NCBI GenBank assembly: GCA_965115905.1
Contig: OZ220489.1
Span: 136,584 to 200,583 of the forward strand
Direction of reading: 5' to 3'
DNA from: Tepidiformaceae bacterium
GTDB lineage: Bacteria > Chloroflexota > Dehalococcoidia > Tepidiformales > Tepidiformaceae
Length of the DNA stretch: 64,000 nt
The notes under the pieces are model-generated. The model was not told the DNA's origin. It made no database searches and saw nothing but the letters and a program-made list of their open reading frames with translations. Positions 25,599 through 33,794 of this stretch are shown here, piece after piece; position 1 is the first letter of the stretch; each line of letters opens with the position of its first letter. A program made the position numbers and the translations under genes.

Positions 25599-27062
25599 GT
25601 GATGCCAGACGGGGAACTGATTCAGGGATACGCGACGGGCGCGCCCGACGACGAAATGTTCGACGCGGCGGGAGAGTTGTGGCCTGCGTACCGCGACCTG
25701 GCGGGGACGCTGGCGGGCTGGTCGCTGGAGGAGTACGAGCAGCGGAAGGCGCGCGCGGACCTCGCCCTCCTGAGCGCGGGCATTACGTTCAACGTGTACT
25801 TCGAGGACGAGGGGACGGAGCGCATCTTCCCGTTCTCGCTGATCCCGCGGGTGGTGGAAGCGGAGGAGTGGAAGACGGTGGACAAGGGCCTGAAGCAGCG
25901 ACTCCAGGCCCTTAATCTGTTCCTGCTGGACCTGTACGGCGAGCAGAAGATCCTCAAGGAGAAGGTGGTTCCCGAGGAGATCGTGCTGAGCTCGCCGGGG
26001 TACAAGCCGGAGATGAAGGGGTTTGCGCCGCCGCTGGGGGTCTACGCCCACGTCGCGGGCTGTGACCTGATTCGCGGGGAGAACCGCGAGTTCGTCGTGC
26101 TGGAGGACAACCTGCGCACGCCCTCGGGGGTTTCGTACGTCCTGGAGAACCGCATGGTGATGCTGCGGGTTGTTCCGGACCTGTTCCCGCGGCAGGGCGT
26201 GCAGGCGGTGACGGACTACCCGAACCAGCTCCTGTCGACGCTCCTTTCGGCGCGTCCGTCCGCGAGCGCGGACCAGCCGCGGGCGGTGCTGCTGACGCCG
26301 GGCATCTATAACTCGGCCTACTTCGAGCATTCGTTCCTGAGCAAGGAGATGGGGATTCCGCTGGTGGAGGGGTCGGACCTGAGGGTGGGAGACGATGACT
26401 TCGTGTACCTGCGGTCGACGACGGGACTGGAGCGGGTGGACGTGGTCTACCGGCGCCTGGACGATGATTTCCTTGACCCGCTGGCGTACCGGCCTGACTC
26501 GCTGCTGGGCGTTCCCGGGCTGATGCGGGCCTATCTGGCGGGGAAGGTGACGCTGGCGAACGCGCCCGGCGCGGGCGTGGCGGATGACAAGGTGGTCTAC
26601 CGCTGGGTACCGGAGATCATTCAGTACTACCTGGGCGAGGATCCGATCCTGTCGAACGTGGAGACGTTCTCGGCGCTGATTCCGGCGGAGCGCGAGTACA
26701 TCAAGGCGCACGCGCGCGAACTGGTGTTGAAGCCGGCGAACGAGTCAGGCGGGTACGGGGTGCTCATCGGCGAACAGGCGACGGACGAGGAGCTCGAAGA
26801 CACGCTGGGGCGGATGGAGGCGGAGCCGCGGAACTGGATCGCGCAGCCGCTGGTGCACTTCAGCACGATTCCCACGTTCGAGGAGGACCGGCTGAAGCCG
26901 CGTCGCGCGGACCTGCGGCCGTTCGTGCTTTCGGGGGCGGAGACGTGGGTGATTCCGGGAGGGCTGACGCGGGTGGCGCTGCGCGAGGGGTCGTTCGTGG
27001 TGAACTCGTCGCAGGGCGGCGGCAGCAAGGACACCTGGGTGCTGAACGAGGAGCGCGCCTGA
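25599..27062 (+). CDS. Circularly permuted ATP-grasp protein (COG2308-type)
   Basis: 487 aa. 'VLKPANESGGYGVLIG' and 'NWIAQP...LRPFVLSG...VIPGGLTRVAL...VVNSSQGGGSKDTWVL' are characteristic. It is followed by an alpha-E gene with a TGATG overlap. Confidence 0.85.
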   Translation: MMPDGELIQGYATGAPDDEMFDAAGELWPAYRDLAGTLAGWSLEEYEQRKARADLALLSAGITFNVYFEDEGTERIFPFSLIPRVVEAEEWKTVDKGLKQRLQALNLFLLDLYGEQKILKEKVVPEEIVLSSPGYKPEMKGFAPPLGVYAHVAGCDLIRGENREFVVLEDNLRTPSGVSYVLENRMVMLRVVPDLFPRQGVQAVTDYPNQLLSTLLSARPSASADQPRAVLLTPGIYNSAYFEHSFLSKEMGIPLVEGSDLRVGDDDFVYLRSTTGLERVDVVYRRLDDDFLDPLAYRPDSLLGVPGLMRAYLAGKVTLANAPGAGVADDKVVYRWVPEIIQYYLGEDPILSNVETFSALIPAEREYIKAHARELVLKPANESGGYGVLIGEQATDEELEDTLGRMEAEPRNWIAQPLVHFSTIPTFEEDRLKPRRADLRPFVLSGAETWVIPGGLTRVALREGSFVVNSSQGGGSKDTWVLNEERA

Positions 27063-28030
27063 TGCTGAGCAGGGTCGCGGAGAACCTCTACTGGCTGGGG
27101 CGCTACCTGGAGCGCACGGAGAACATCGCGCGGATGGCGCACGTGGAACAGGAGGTCTCGCTCGAGGGCGGGCAGGAGGTCTGGCATAGCCTCGTGAGCA
27201 CGACGGCCGCGAACGACCTGTACTGGCAGGCGCTGCTGGAATCGCCGGACCTGACGCACTCGGAGTTCCTGCTGTTTTCGCCGCTGAACCCGGGGGCGCT
27301 GCGGCCGACGCTGGTGCAGGCGCGGGAACTGGCGCGGGGCCTGCGGGAGCACATCTCGCGCGAGGTGTGGGAGGAGATCAACGCGCTCTACCTGTTCCTC
27401 GCGCGCCGGCGGCAGTACATCGCGAGCGATCTGCATGAGCTCTGCACGGAGACAAAACGCCGCACGCAGACGATTCTGGGGCTGTACGACAACACAGTGC
27501 TGCGGGATGAGGGGCGGGAGTGGTTCCGCTGCGGGATGTACCTCGAACGGGCGGATATGACGAGCCGCATCATCGATGCGAAGTACCACATCCTGCTGCC
27601 GGGGGATGACTCGGTCGGGGGGCCGTTCGACCGCTTCCAGTGGATGGCGGTGTTGCGGTCGGCCTCGGCGGAGGAGGCCTACCGGCGGCTGGGGTACAGC
27701 GAGGTGGACGGCACGCTGGTGGCGCAACTCCTGATCTTCTCGATCGCGTTTCCGCGCAGCCTCGCGTTCTGCGTGCAGGCGCTTGGGCGGCACTACGAGC
27801 AGGCGACGGAGCAGACGGCGAAGCGGCGGCGGGCGGCGGCGGAACGGGGCGTTGCGCTCCTGAACCTGGACCTTGGAGCCTCCGAGATCGAACAGGTCGT
27901 TGAGGGCGGGCTGCACGAGTTCATCGACGGGTTCCAGGGGCGCCTGATCGAGATCGACCGGTCCATCACGGAGGATATTTTCCGGGCGGCGCCAACGAGC
28001 GCCCCGCCGGCGCGGCCGGTCGAGCGCTGA
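27062..28030 (+). CDS. Alpha-E domain protein (COG2307-type)
   Basis: Starts 'MLSRVAENLYWLGRYLERTENIARM', the hallmark N-terminus of alpha-E proteins. The ATG overlaps the upstream stop. Confidence 0.85.
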   Translation: MLSRVAENLYWLGRYLERTENIARMAHVEQEVSLEGGQEVWHSLVSTTAANDLYWQALLESPDLTHSEFLLFSPLNPGALRPTLVQARELARGLREHISREVWEEINALYLFLARRRQYIASDLHELCTETKRRTQTILGLYDNTVLRDEGREWFRCGMYLERADMTSRIIDAKYHILLPGDDSVGGPFDRFQWMAVLRSASAEEAYRRLGYSEVDGTLVAQLLIFSIAFPRSLAFCVQALGRHYEQATEQTAKRRRAAAERGVALLNLDLGASEIEQVVEGGLHEFIDGFQGRLIEIDRSITEDIFRAAPTSAPPARPVER

Positions 28031-28031
28031 G

Positions 28032-28775
28032 ATGACCTTCTGCCTGGGAATTAAGTGCGACGAGGGGCTCGTCGCAATCGCGGATACGCGGATTACGAGC
28101 GGGGCGGAGGTTTCGACGGCGAAGAAGATCGCGGTCCATCAGGGCGAGCGGCACGCGATGTTCGTGCTGACAAGCGGGCTGCGTTCGGTGCGCGACAAGG
28201 CGATCACGTACTTCGAGGAGCGGCTGGCGCGGAACGGGGCCGATCTGGAGCGCTCCTATCAGGCGGTGAACGCGCTCGCGGAAGAGATACGGCGCGTGCA
28301 CAAGGAGGACAATGAGTGGCTCCTGACGGCGGGATTGTCGTTTGACCTGAACTGCATCGTTGGCGGGCAGCTGGCGGAGGACACAGAGCCGCATCTCTAC
28401 CTGCTCTACCCGCAGGGGAACTGGGTGGAGGTCTCGCAGGGGACGCCCTACGTGATCATTGGCGATACGCGCTACGGGAAACCGATCCTCGACCGCACGC
28501 TGCGACACGAGGCTTCGCTGGAGAAGGCGCTGCGCGTGGGGCTGCTCTCGTTCAACTCGACGATGGCGAGCTCGACGAATGTGGGACCGCCCGTTGACGC
28601 GGTGGTCTACGCGCGGGACTCCTTCGCGATGCGGGAGCATCGGTTCAACGCGGAGGAACTAGAGCCGGTGGCGGAGTTCTGGCAGCGCGCGATCGAGCGG
28701 GCGGTCGAGGCCGCGGGGACGCCGGTGGCGTCGCTGGCGGAGGCGCTGGGCATCGGCGGCAACCGTACCCAGTAG
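28032..28775 (+). CDS. Anbu-type proteasome beta-subunit homolog (Ntn-hydrolase peptidase)
   Basis: 'MTFCLGIKCDEGLVAIADTRITSG' has Thr at position 2 and a proteasome-beta-like N-terminus. Its position directly after cpATP-grasp and alpha-E genes matches the published Anbu neighbourhood. Confidence 0.8.
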   Translation: MTFCLGIKCDEGLVAIADTRITSGAEVSTAKKIAVHQGERHAMFVLTSGLRSVRDKAITYFEERLARNGADLERSYQAVNALAEEIRRVHKEDNEWLLTAGLSFDLNCIVGGQLAEDTEPHLYLLYPQGNWVEVSQGTPYVIIGDTRYGKPILDRTLRHEASLEKALRVGLLSFNSTMASSTNVGPPVDAVVYARDSFAMREHRFNAEELEPVAEFWQRAIERAVEAAGTPVASLAEALGIGGNRTQ

Positions 28776-28783
28776 GGGGCGCG

Positions 28784-31700
28784 CTACCAGGTATCGATGT
28801 TCGGGCGCTTCTTGCCTTCGCGGCGGGGCGGGGGCGGGACGGAGCGCAGGGCGGCGCTGATCCAGTCGCGGGAGTCCATGGGGTCGATGACATCGTCGAG
28901 CCCGAAGGCGACGGCCTGATTGAGGGCCTTGCCGCGCTCATAGGCGCGCTCCACGAGTTCCTCGTAGCGGCGCATGCGCTCCTCCGGGTTTTCCATGGCG
29001 GCGAGTTCGTTGCGGTAGCCGAGCTTGACCTGCCCCTCGAGGCCCATCCCGCCGAATTCGCCCGTGGGCCAGGCGGCGGCGAAGAAGGGCTCCTTGGTGT
29101 TGCCCCCGACCATGGCCTGCGCGCCGAGGCCGTAGCCCTTGCGCAGAAAGATGGCGACGTGGGGCACGGTGAGGTTGGCGCCGGTCACGAAGAGACGGGC
29201 GGAATGGCGCGCGAGGGCGGTCTTTTCGACTTCGGGGCCGACCATCATGCCGGGCGTATCGACGAGGAAGAGGATGGGGATGTCGAACGCGTCGCAGAGC
29301 TGCATGAAGCGCGCGCCCTTGTCGGAACCCTCGCTGTCGACGGCGCCGCCGAGGTGGGTCGCGTTGTTGGCGATGACGCCGAGGGGGCGGCCTTCGATGC
29401 GGATGAGCGAGGTGATCATGCCGACGCCGAAGTGGGGGCGCAGTTCGAGGACGGAGTCGCGATCGGCCATCGTCTCGATGATGGCGCGGACGTTGTAGGC
29501 GCGGAGGCGGTTCTCGGGGACGAGGGTGCGGAGGATGCGCTGGTCAGCGCACTCCCATTCAGCGACGGCGCCCTGGAAGTAGGAGAGGTATCGCTTCGCC
29601 GCGCGGACGGCTTCTTCCTCGTCCGCGACGGCGATATCGACGACGCCGTTGGGGACCTGCACGGACATGGGACCGATCTCTTCCGGGGTGAAGACGCCGA
29701 GGCCACCGCCTTCGACCATGGCGGGGCCGCCGAGGCCAATGTTGGAGTTGGCGGTCGCGATGATGACATCGCAGCAGCCGAGGAGGACGGCGTTGCCGGC
29801 GAAGCAGCGCCCTGAGGTGATGCCCACGAGCGGGACGAGTCCGCTGAGTTTGGCCATGGTGGCGAAGGTGGGGGTGTCGAGGGGACGGTAGCCGCCGATG
29901 GTGGGGGCTTCGGCCGCCGCCTGCCCGCCCTCACGGCGTCCGCCAGTGCCGGCGCGCCCGCCGCCACCCTCGGTGAAGAAGACGACAGGACGGCGCCACT
30001 TGCCCGCCAGTTCGAGCATGCGGTCGGTCTTGGGGTGGTTGACGGCGCCCTGCGTGCCCGCGAGGACGGTGTAGTCGTAGGCGAGGACGACGCAGCGGGC
30101 GGCCTCATCGTCGAAATGCTGACCGTTGACGGAACCGACGCCGGTGATCATCCCGTCGGTGGGGAAGCGACGGACGACCTCGTCGAGGGGAAGGCCGGTA
30201 CCGGGGGTGAGGGCGAGGGAGCCATGCTCGACGAAGGTTCCGGGGTCGCAGAGGTCATCGACGTTCTCGCGGGCGGTGCGCTGCTTCGTACGGCGGCGGC
30301 GGGCGACGGCGTCAGGGCGGTTCTCGTCGAGGGTGGCGGCGTGGCGTTTATGCACTTCGGCGAGATCGGGGCGGACATGGTCGAGGTCGATCTCACGGGA
30401 GACGGCCTCGCCGACCTCATCGACTTCGCCTTCGTCGATGAGGATGAGGGGGTGGCCCTCGTAGATCGTGTCGCCGGGAGCGACGGCGACCTCGCGTACG
30501 ACGCCGCTGGCCTGGGCATGTACCTCGTGCTCCATTTTCATGGCGTTCATCACGAGCAGGAGCTGACCCTTGCGGACGGCGTCGCCCTCGGCTACCTCGA
30601 TGGCGACGATGGAGCCCTGGAGGGGCGCGCGGACCGCATGGACGCCTTCGGGGACATCGACGGCGGGGAGGACGGCGGGCTCGGGGGCGGGAACGGAGGC
30701 GGCGGGGGCGCCCTCCTTGCCATGGGCGAGCACGGCCAGCGGGTCGCTCGCGTCGACGGTGACGCCGGCCTGTCCGGTCGCGGGCGGGGCGGGGGTCGCG
30801 GGGGCGTGTTCGAAGAAGCGCCGTGGGTGGGTGGCGTTGATGGGATCGACGAGGGCGGCGATGTGGTCATCGACGAAGCGGGTATGGACGCGCCCGGCGG
30901 CGAGGTCGGGGTGGGCGAGGATGGTCTGGAGGAGATCGATGTTGGTGGCGACGCCCTCGATGCGGAAGTCGGCGAGGGCGCGGGAGGTACGGCGCAGGGC
31001 GTCGGGGAGGCTGGGAGAGGGCGAATGGCCGATGACCTTGGCGAGGAGGGAGTCGAAGCTGGGGCTGGCGCGGTAGCCGGCGTAGCCGAAGGTATCGGTG
31101 CGGACGCCCGGACCGGAGGGGATGTCGAAGGCGGTGAGGGCGCCGCCGGAGGGGCGGGTGGAGCCGTCCGCGGCCATGGTTTCCATGTTGACCCGCGCCT
31201 GAACGGCGTACCCGCGGGGGGCGGGGATTTCGTCCCGCGAGAGGCCCATCTGCGCGAGCGTTTCGCCGGCGGCGAGGCGGAGCTGGAGCTGGACCAGGTC
31301 AACGCCCGTGACCTCCTCGGTAACGGTGTGTTCGACCTGGAGGCGGGCGTTGGCCTCGATGAACCAGAACTCGCCGTCGTCGTGGCCACCGTCGTGGCCG
31401 TCGCCGGCGACGATGAACTCGAAGGTGCCGAGGTTGCGGTAGTCGCTCGCCTCTGCGAGGCGGATGGCGGCGGCGAGGATGCGCTCGCGGAGGGCGGGGG
31501 CGAGCGCGGGGGCGGGGGCGATCTCGATGAGCTTCTGGTGGCGTCGCTGGACGCTGCAGTCACGTTCGCCGAAGTGGGTGACGGCGCCCGTGGAATCGCC
31601 CGCGATCTGGACCTCGATGTGGCGGGCGCGGGGGATCCAGCGCTCGACGTAGAGGCTGGGGTCGCCGAAGGCCTGGCCCGCCTCGGAGGCGCAGCGCTCG

Positions 31701-32245
31701 AAGGCGGCGGCGATTTCGGAGGCGTCGGAGATGGCGCGCATGCCGCGACCGCCGCCGCCGGCCACGGCCTTGATGAGCATGCCCACCCCCGCGGGAAGGT
31801 CAGCGAAGAAGGCGCGCGCTTCCTCCAAAGTGACGGCGCGGGAAAGGCCCGGGACGACGGGGACGACGTTTGCTTCAGCGAGCGCGCGGGCCTGCGTTTT
31901 GGCGCCGAAGAGGTCGAGGGTCGCGGGAGCGGGGCCGACGAACGTAAGCCCCGCTTCCTCGCAGGCGCGCGCGAAGGCGGGGCTTTCGGCGAGGAACCCA
32001 TAGCCTGGGTGGACGGCGTCGCAGCCAGCCCTCCGCGCGGCGGCGATCAGCTGGTCGATATCGAGGTAGGGCGCGACGCCGCGACCCTCGAGGGGGCGGA
32101 CGGCGTCGGCCTTGCGGGTGTGGAGGTTGCGGGCGTCGTCCTCGGAGTGCACGGCGACGGCGCCGATGTCGAGATCGTGCGCCGCCCGCATGATGCGGAT
32201 GGCGATCTCCCCGCGGTTCGCGACAAGCAGGCTCTCGATGGGCAC
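28784..32245 (-). CDS. Single-chain multi-domain acyl-CoA carboxylase (BC - BCCP - CT fusion)
   Basis: GTG 32245 follows GGAGGAAC. The N-terminal biotin carboxylase has 'LLVANRGEIAIRIMRA' and 'EMNARLQVEH'-like 'IEANARLQVEHTVTE'. The biotinylation motif is 'VMNAMKMEHEV'. The C-terminal half is carboxyltransferase-like ('TEGGGGRAG', 'LVDTPGMMVG'). Confidence 0.9.
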   Translation of the reverse strand: MPIESLLVANRGEIAIRIMRAAHDLDIGAVAVHSEDDARNLHTRKADAVRPLEGRGVAPYLDIDQLIAAARRAGCDAVHPGYGFLAESPAFARACEEAGLTFVGPAPATLDLFGAKTQARALAEANVVPVVPGLSRAVTLEEARAFFADLPAGVGMLIKAVAGGGGRGMRAISDASEIAAAFERCASEAGQAFGDPSLYVERWIPRARHIEVQIAGDSTGAVTHFGERDCSVQRRHQKLIEIAPAPALAPALRERILAAAIRLAEASDYRNLGTFEFIVAGDGHDGGHDDGEFWFIEANARLQVEHTVTEEVTGVDLVQLQLRLAAGETLAQMGLSRDEIPAPRGYAVQARVNMETMAADGSTRPSGGALTAFDIPSGPGVRTDTFGYAGYRASPSFDSLLAKVIGHSPSPSLPDALRRTSRALADFRIEGVATNIDLLQTILAHPDLAAGRVHTRFVDDHIAALVDPINATHPRRFFEHAPATPAPPATGQAGVTVDASDPLAVLAHGKEGAPAASVPAPEPAVLPAVDVPEGVHAVRAPLQGSIVAIEVAEGDAVRKGQLLLVMNAMKMEHEVHAQASGVVREVAVAPGDTIYEGHPLILIDEGEVDEVGEAVSREIDLDHVRPDLAEVHKRHAATLDENRPDAVARRRRTKQRTARENVDDLCDPGTFVEHGSLALTPGTGLPLDEVVRRFPTDGMITGVGSVNGQHFDDEAARCVVLAYDYTVLAGTQGAVNHPKTDRMLELAGKWRRPVVFFTEGGGGRAGTGGRREGGQAAAEAPTIGGYRPLDTPTFATMAKLSGLVPLVGITSGRCFAGNAVLLGCCDVIIATANSNIGLGGPAMVEGGGLGVFTPEEIGPMSVQVPNGVVDIAVADEEEAVRAAKRYLSYFQGAVAEWECADQRILRTLVPENRLRAYNVRAIIETMADRDSVLELRPHFGVGMITSLIRIEGRPLGVIANNATHLGGAVDSEGSDKGARFMQLCDAFDIPILFLVDTPGMMVGPEVEKTALARHSARLFVTGANLTVPHVAIFLRKGYGLGAQAMVGGNTKEPFFAAAWPTGEFGGMGLEGQVKLGYRNELAAMENPEERMRRYEELVERAYERGKALNQAVAFGLDDVIDPMDSRDWISAALRSVPPPPRREGKKRPNIDTW

Positions 32246-32389
32246 GGTTCGTTCCTCCGGGGCGTGTTTCCGGCAGCGTTCGATCCTACACGCCGTCACG
32301 GGGGAGGCTCAGGCCCTGAGGGACAGCGCCCCGCGTATCATTCGCGGCCAGCGGCGCGCGACTGATTCCACGCGCGACAGGAGCGGGCG

Positions 32390-33697
32390 ATGACGGCTAC
32401 GGAGGAAGCGCCGGCGGCGGGCGGAGGGGTGGGCGTCAACCGCGCGGGGATCGTCAGCCTTGCGGCGCTGGCGGCCACACTCGTGTTCGCGATCGCGCTC
32501 GGCTTCACGCTGGCGTTTCAGAACGACGAACAGGAATCGCCCGAGGATCGCTGGGCGGCGCTGGGCGTGCAGGAAGCGGAGTTCGTGTTCATCGGGGACC
32601 TGACCCCCGCCGAGCAGGCGTCGATCCGGCTGGAACTGAAGGCCGCGCAGACGCTGTTCGCCGATCACTTCGGGGCCGTGACCTCTGACTTCGTCGCCTA
32701 CGTGAGCACGGATCTGGGGGCGCTCAATGAGCGTCTGACGGAGGATAGGGGCGAGGACACCCAGATCTGGTTCCTGTGCGGGGGAATGGCGCTGGAAGGG
32801 CCCGCGCTCGTCCTGATACTTGATGGGTGCCCGGAGGACTTGCGCGCGCAGGGAGGACCGCTGGCGCACGAGTACTTCCACATCCTTCAGATGAAGGCCG
32901 GCCTCGACACACAGGAACAGGATGAAACCGTCCGGCAGCAGATCTGGTGGCTGGTGGAGGGCCCGGCGGTCTACGCCGGCGCCCTCGCCGATGCGGCACA
33001 GGGACGGGTGACCATGGCCGCCTCCCGCCAGGGAGCGCGACTCCGCGTCTCATCATCCGTGCGAGAGCCGCTCCCGCGCGATCTCTCCCTCGATTGGGCC
33101 ACGTACGCCGCGTACGCCTACTATGTCGGCTTTCTGGCGACAGAGTGGCTCGTGGAGCGCGCAGGACCGGCGGCGCTCCTGGACTTCTTCCGTTTCGGCG
33201 GGCATCAAGCGGCGTTCGAGGCGGCCTTTGGCATGACCCTGGACGAGTTCCACGATTCGTTCGAGGAGCATCGCCAGGAGGTCGCCCCGCCTTTTGCGTG
33301 GGAGGCGGCGGGCACGGTCATTGACTCCGATGGGCGTCCCATCCCCGAATTGATGATGATCACGGTCGTGCGGATGAAAGGGAAGCCTTGGCCTGGGGAG
33401 GAGGGCCTGACAGGCACGGAAGGGGACTTCTCGCTTACAGTCCCGGGAAGCGGCTACACGATTGCGCTCGCCTGGCTATGCTCCCGCGAAGGCGGCGCTT
33501 TCGAACCTGTCTTCGTGGGTGAGTGGGGCGCGGACGGGTTCGTCGCCGCCAGCGACGGACAGGTGACGCTATCCGAACAGGGGGCGGCGCCGGTTCGCGG
33601 CGGGGAGCGGGATCGCACGGACCTTGTCATCGAGCTTCCGGAGACGCGAGTGTCGCTGATCGCGAAGCACTGCCTCGACGAGGACGACGACGTTTGA
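32390..33697 (+). CDS. Membrane-anchored putative zinc metallopeptidase (HExxH), copy 1
   Basis: N-terminal TM 'GIVSLAALAATLVFAIALGFTLAF', 'GGPLAHEYFHILQ' (HExxH), and a C-terminal CarboxypepD_reg-like segment 'GTVIDSDGRPIPEL...GDFSLTVPGSGYTI'. Confidence 0.7.
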   Translation: MTATEEAPAAGGGVGVNRAGIVSLAALAATLVFAIALGFTLAFQNDEQESPEDRWAALGVQEAEFVFIGDLTPAEQASIRLELKAAQTLFADHFGAVTSDFVAYVSTDLGALNERLTEDRGEDTQIWFLCGGMALEGPALVLILDGCPEDLRAQGGPLAHEYFHILQMKAGLDTQEQDETVRQQIWWLVEGPAVYAGALADAAQGRVTMAASRQGARLRVSSSVREPLPRDLSLDWATYAAYAYYVGFLATEWLVERAGPAALLDFFRFGGHQAAFEAAFGMTLDEFHDSFEEHRQEVAPPFAWEAAGTVIDSDGRPIPELMMITVVRMKGKPWPGEEGLTGTEGDFSLTVPGSGYTIALAWLCSREGGAFEPVFVGEWGADGFVAASDGQVTLSEQGAAPVRGGERDRTDLVIELPETRVSLIAKHCLDEDDDV

Positions 33698-33794
33698 TCT
33701 GACACGCCGTCACGGTGGAGGCTCAGGCTCGGGGGCCCTATAGTACATAATCAGCGGCGCGCGACTGATTCCATACGCGGCGGGAGGCGGGGCG

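Noticed and set aside
30035-32365. 776-aa plus-strand ORF
   Set aside because: It is Gly/Ala/Asp/Glu/Val low-complexity sequence antisense to the carboxylase gene, which has unambiguous BC/BCCP/CT motifs. The same reasoning applies to 2152..3705, 4201..5454, 40773..41909, 43184..45229, 50766..52775, 56191..58500, 60106..61392 and 61251..63077.
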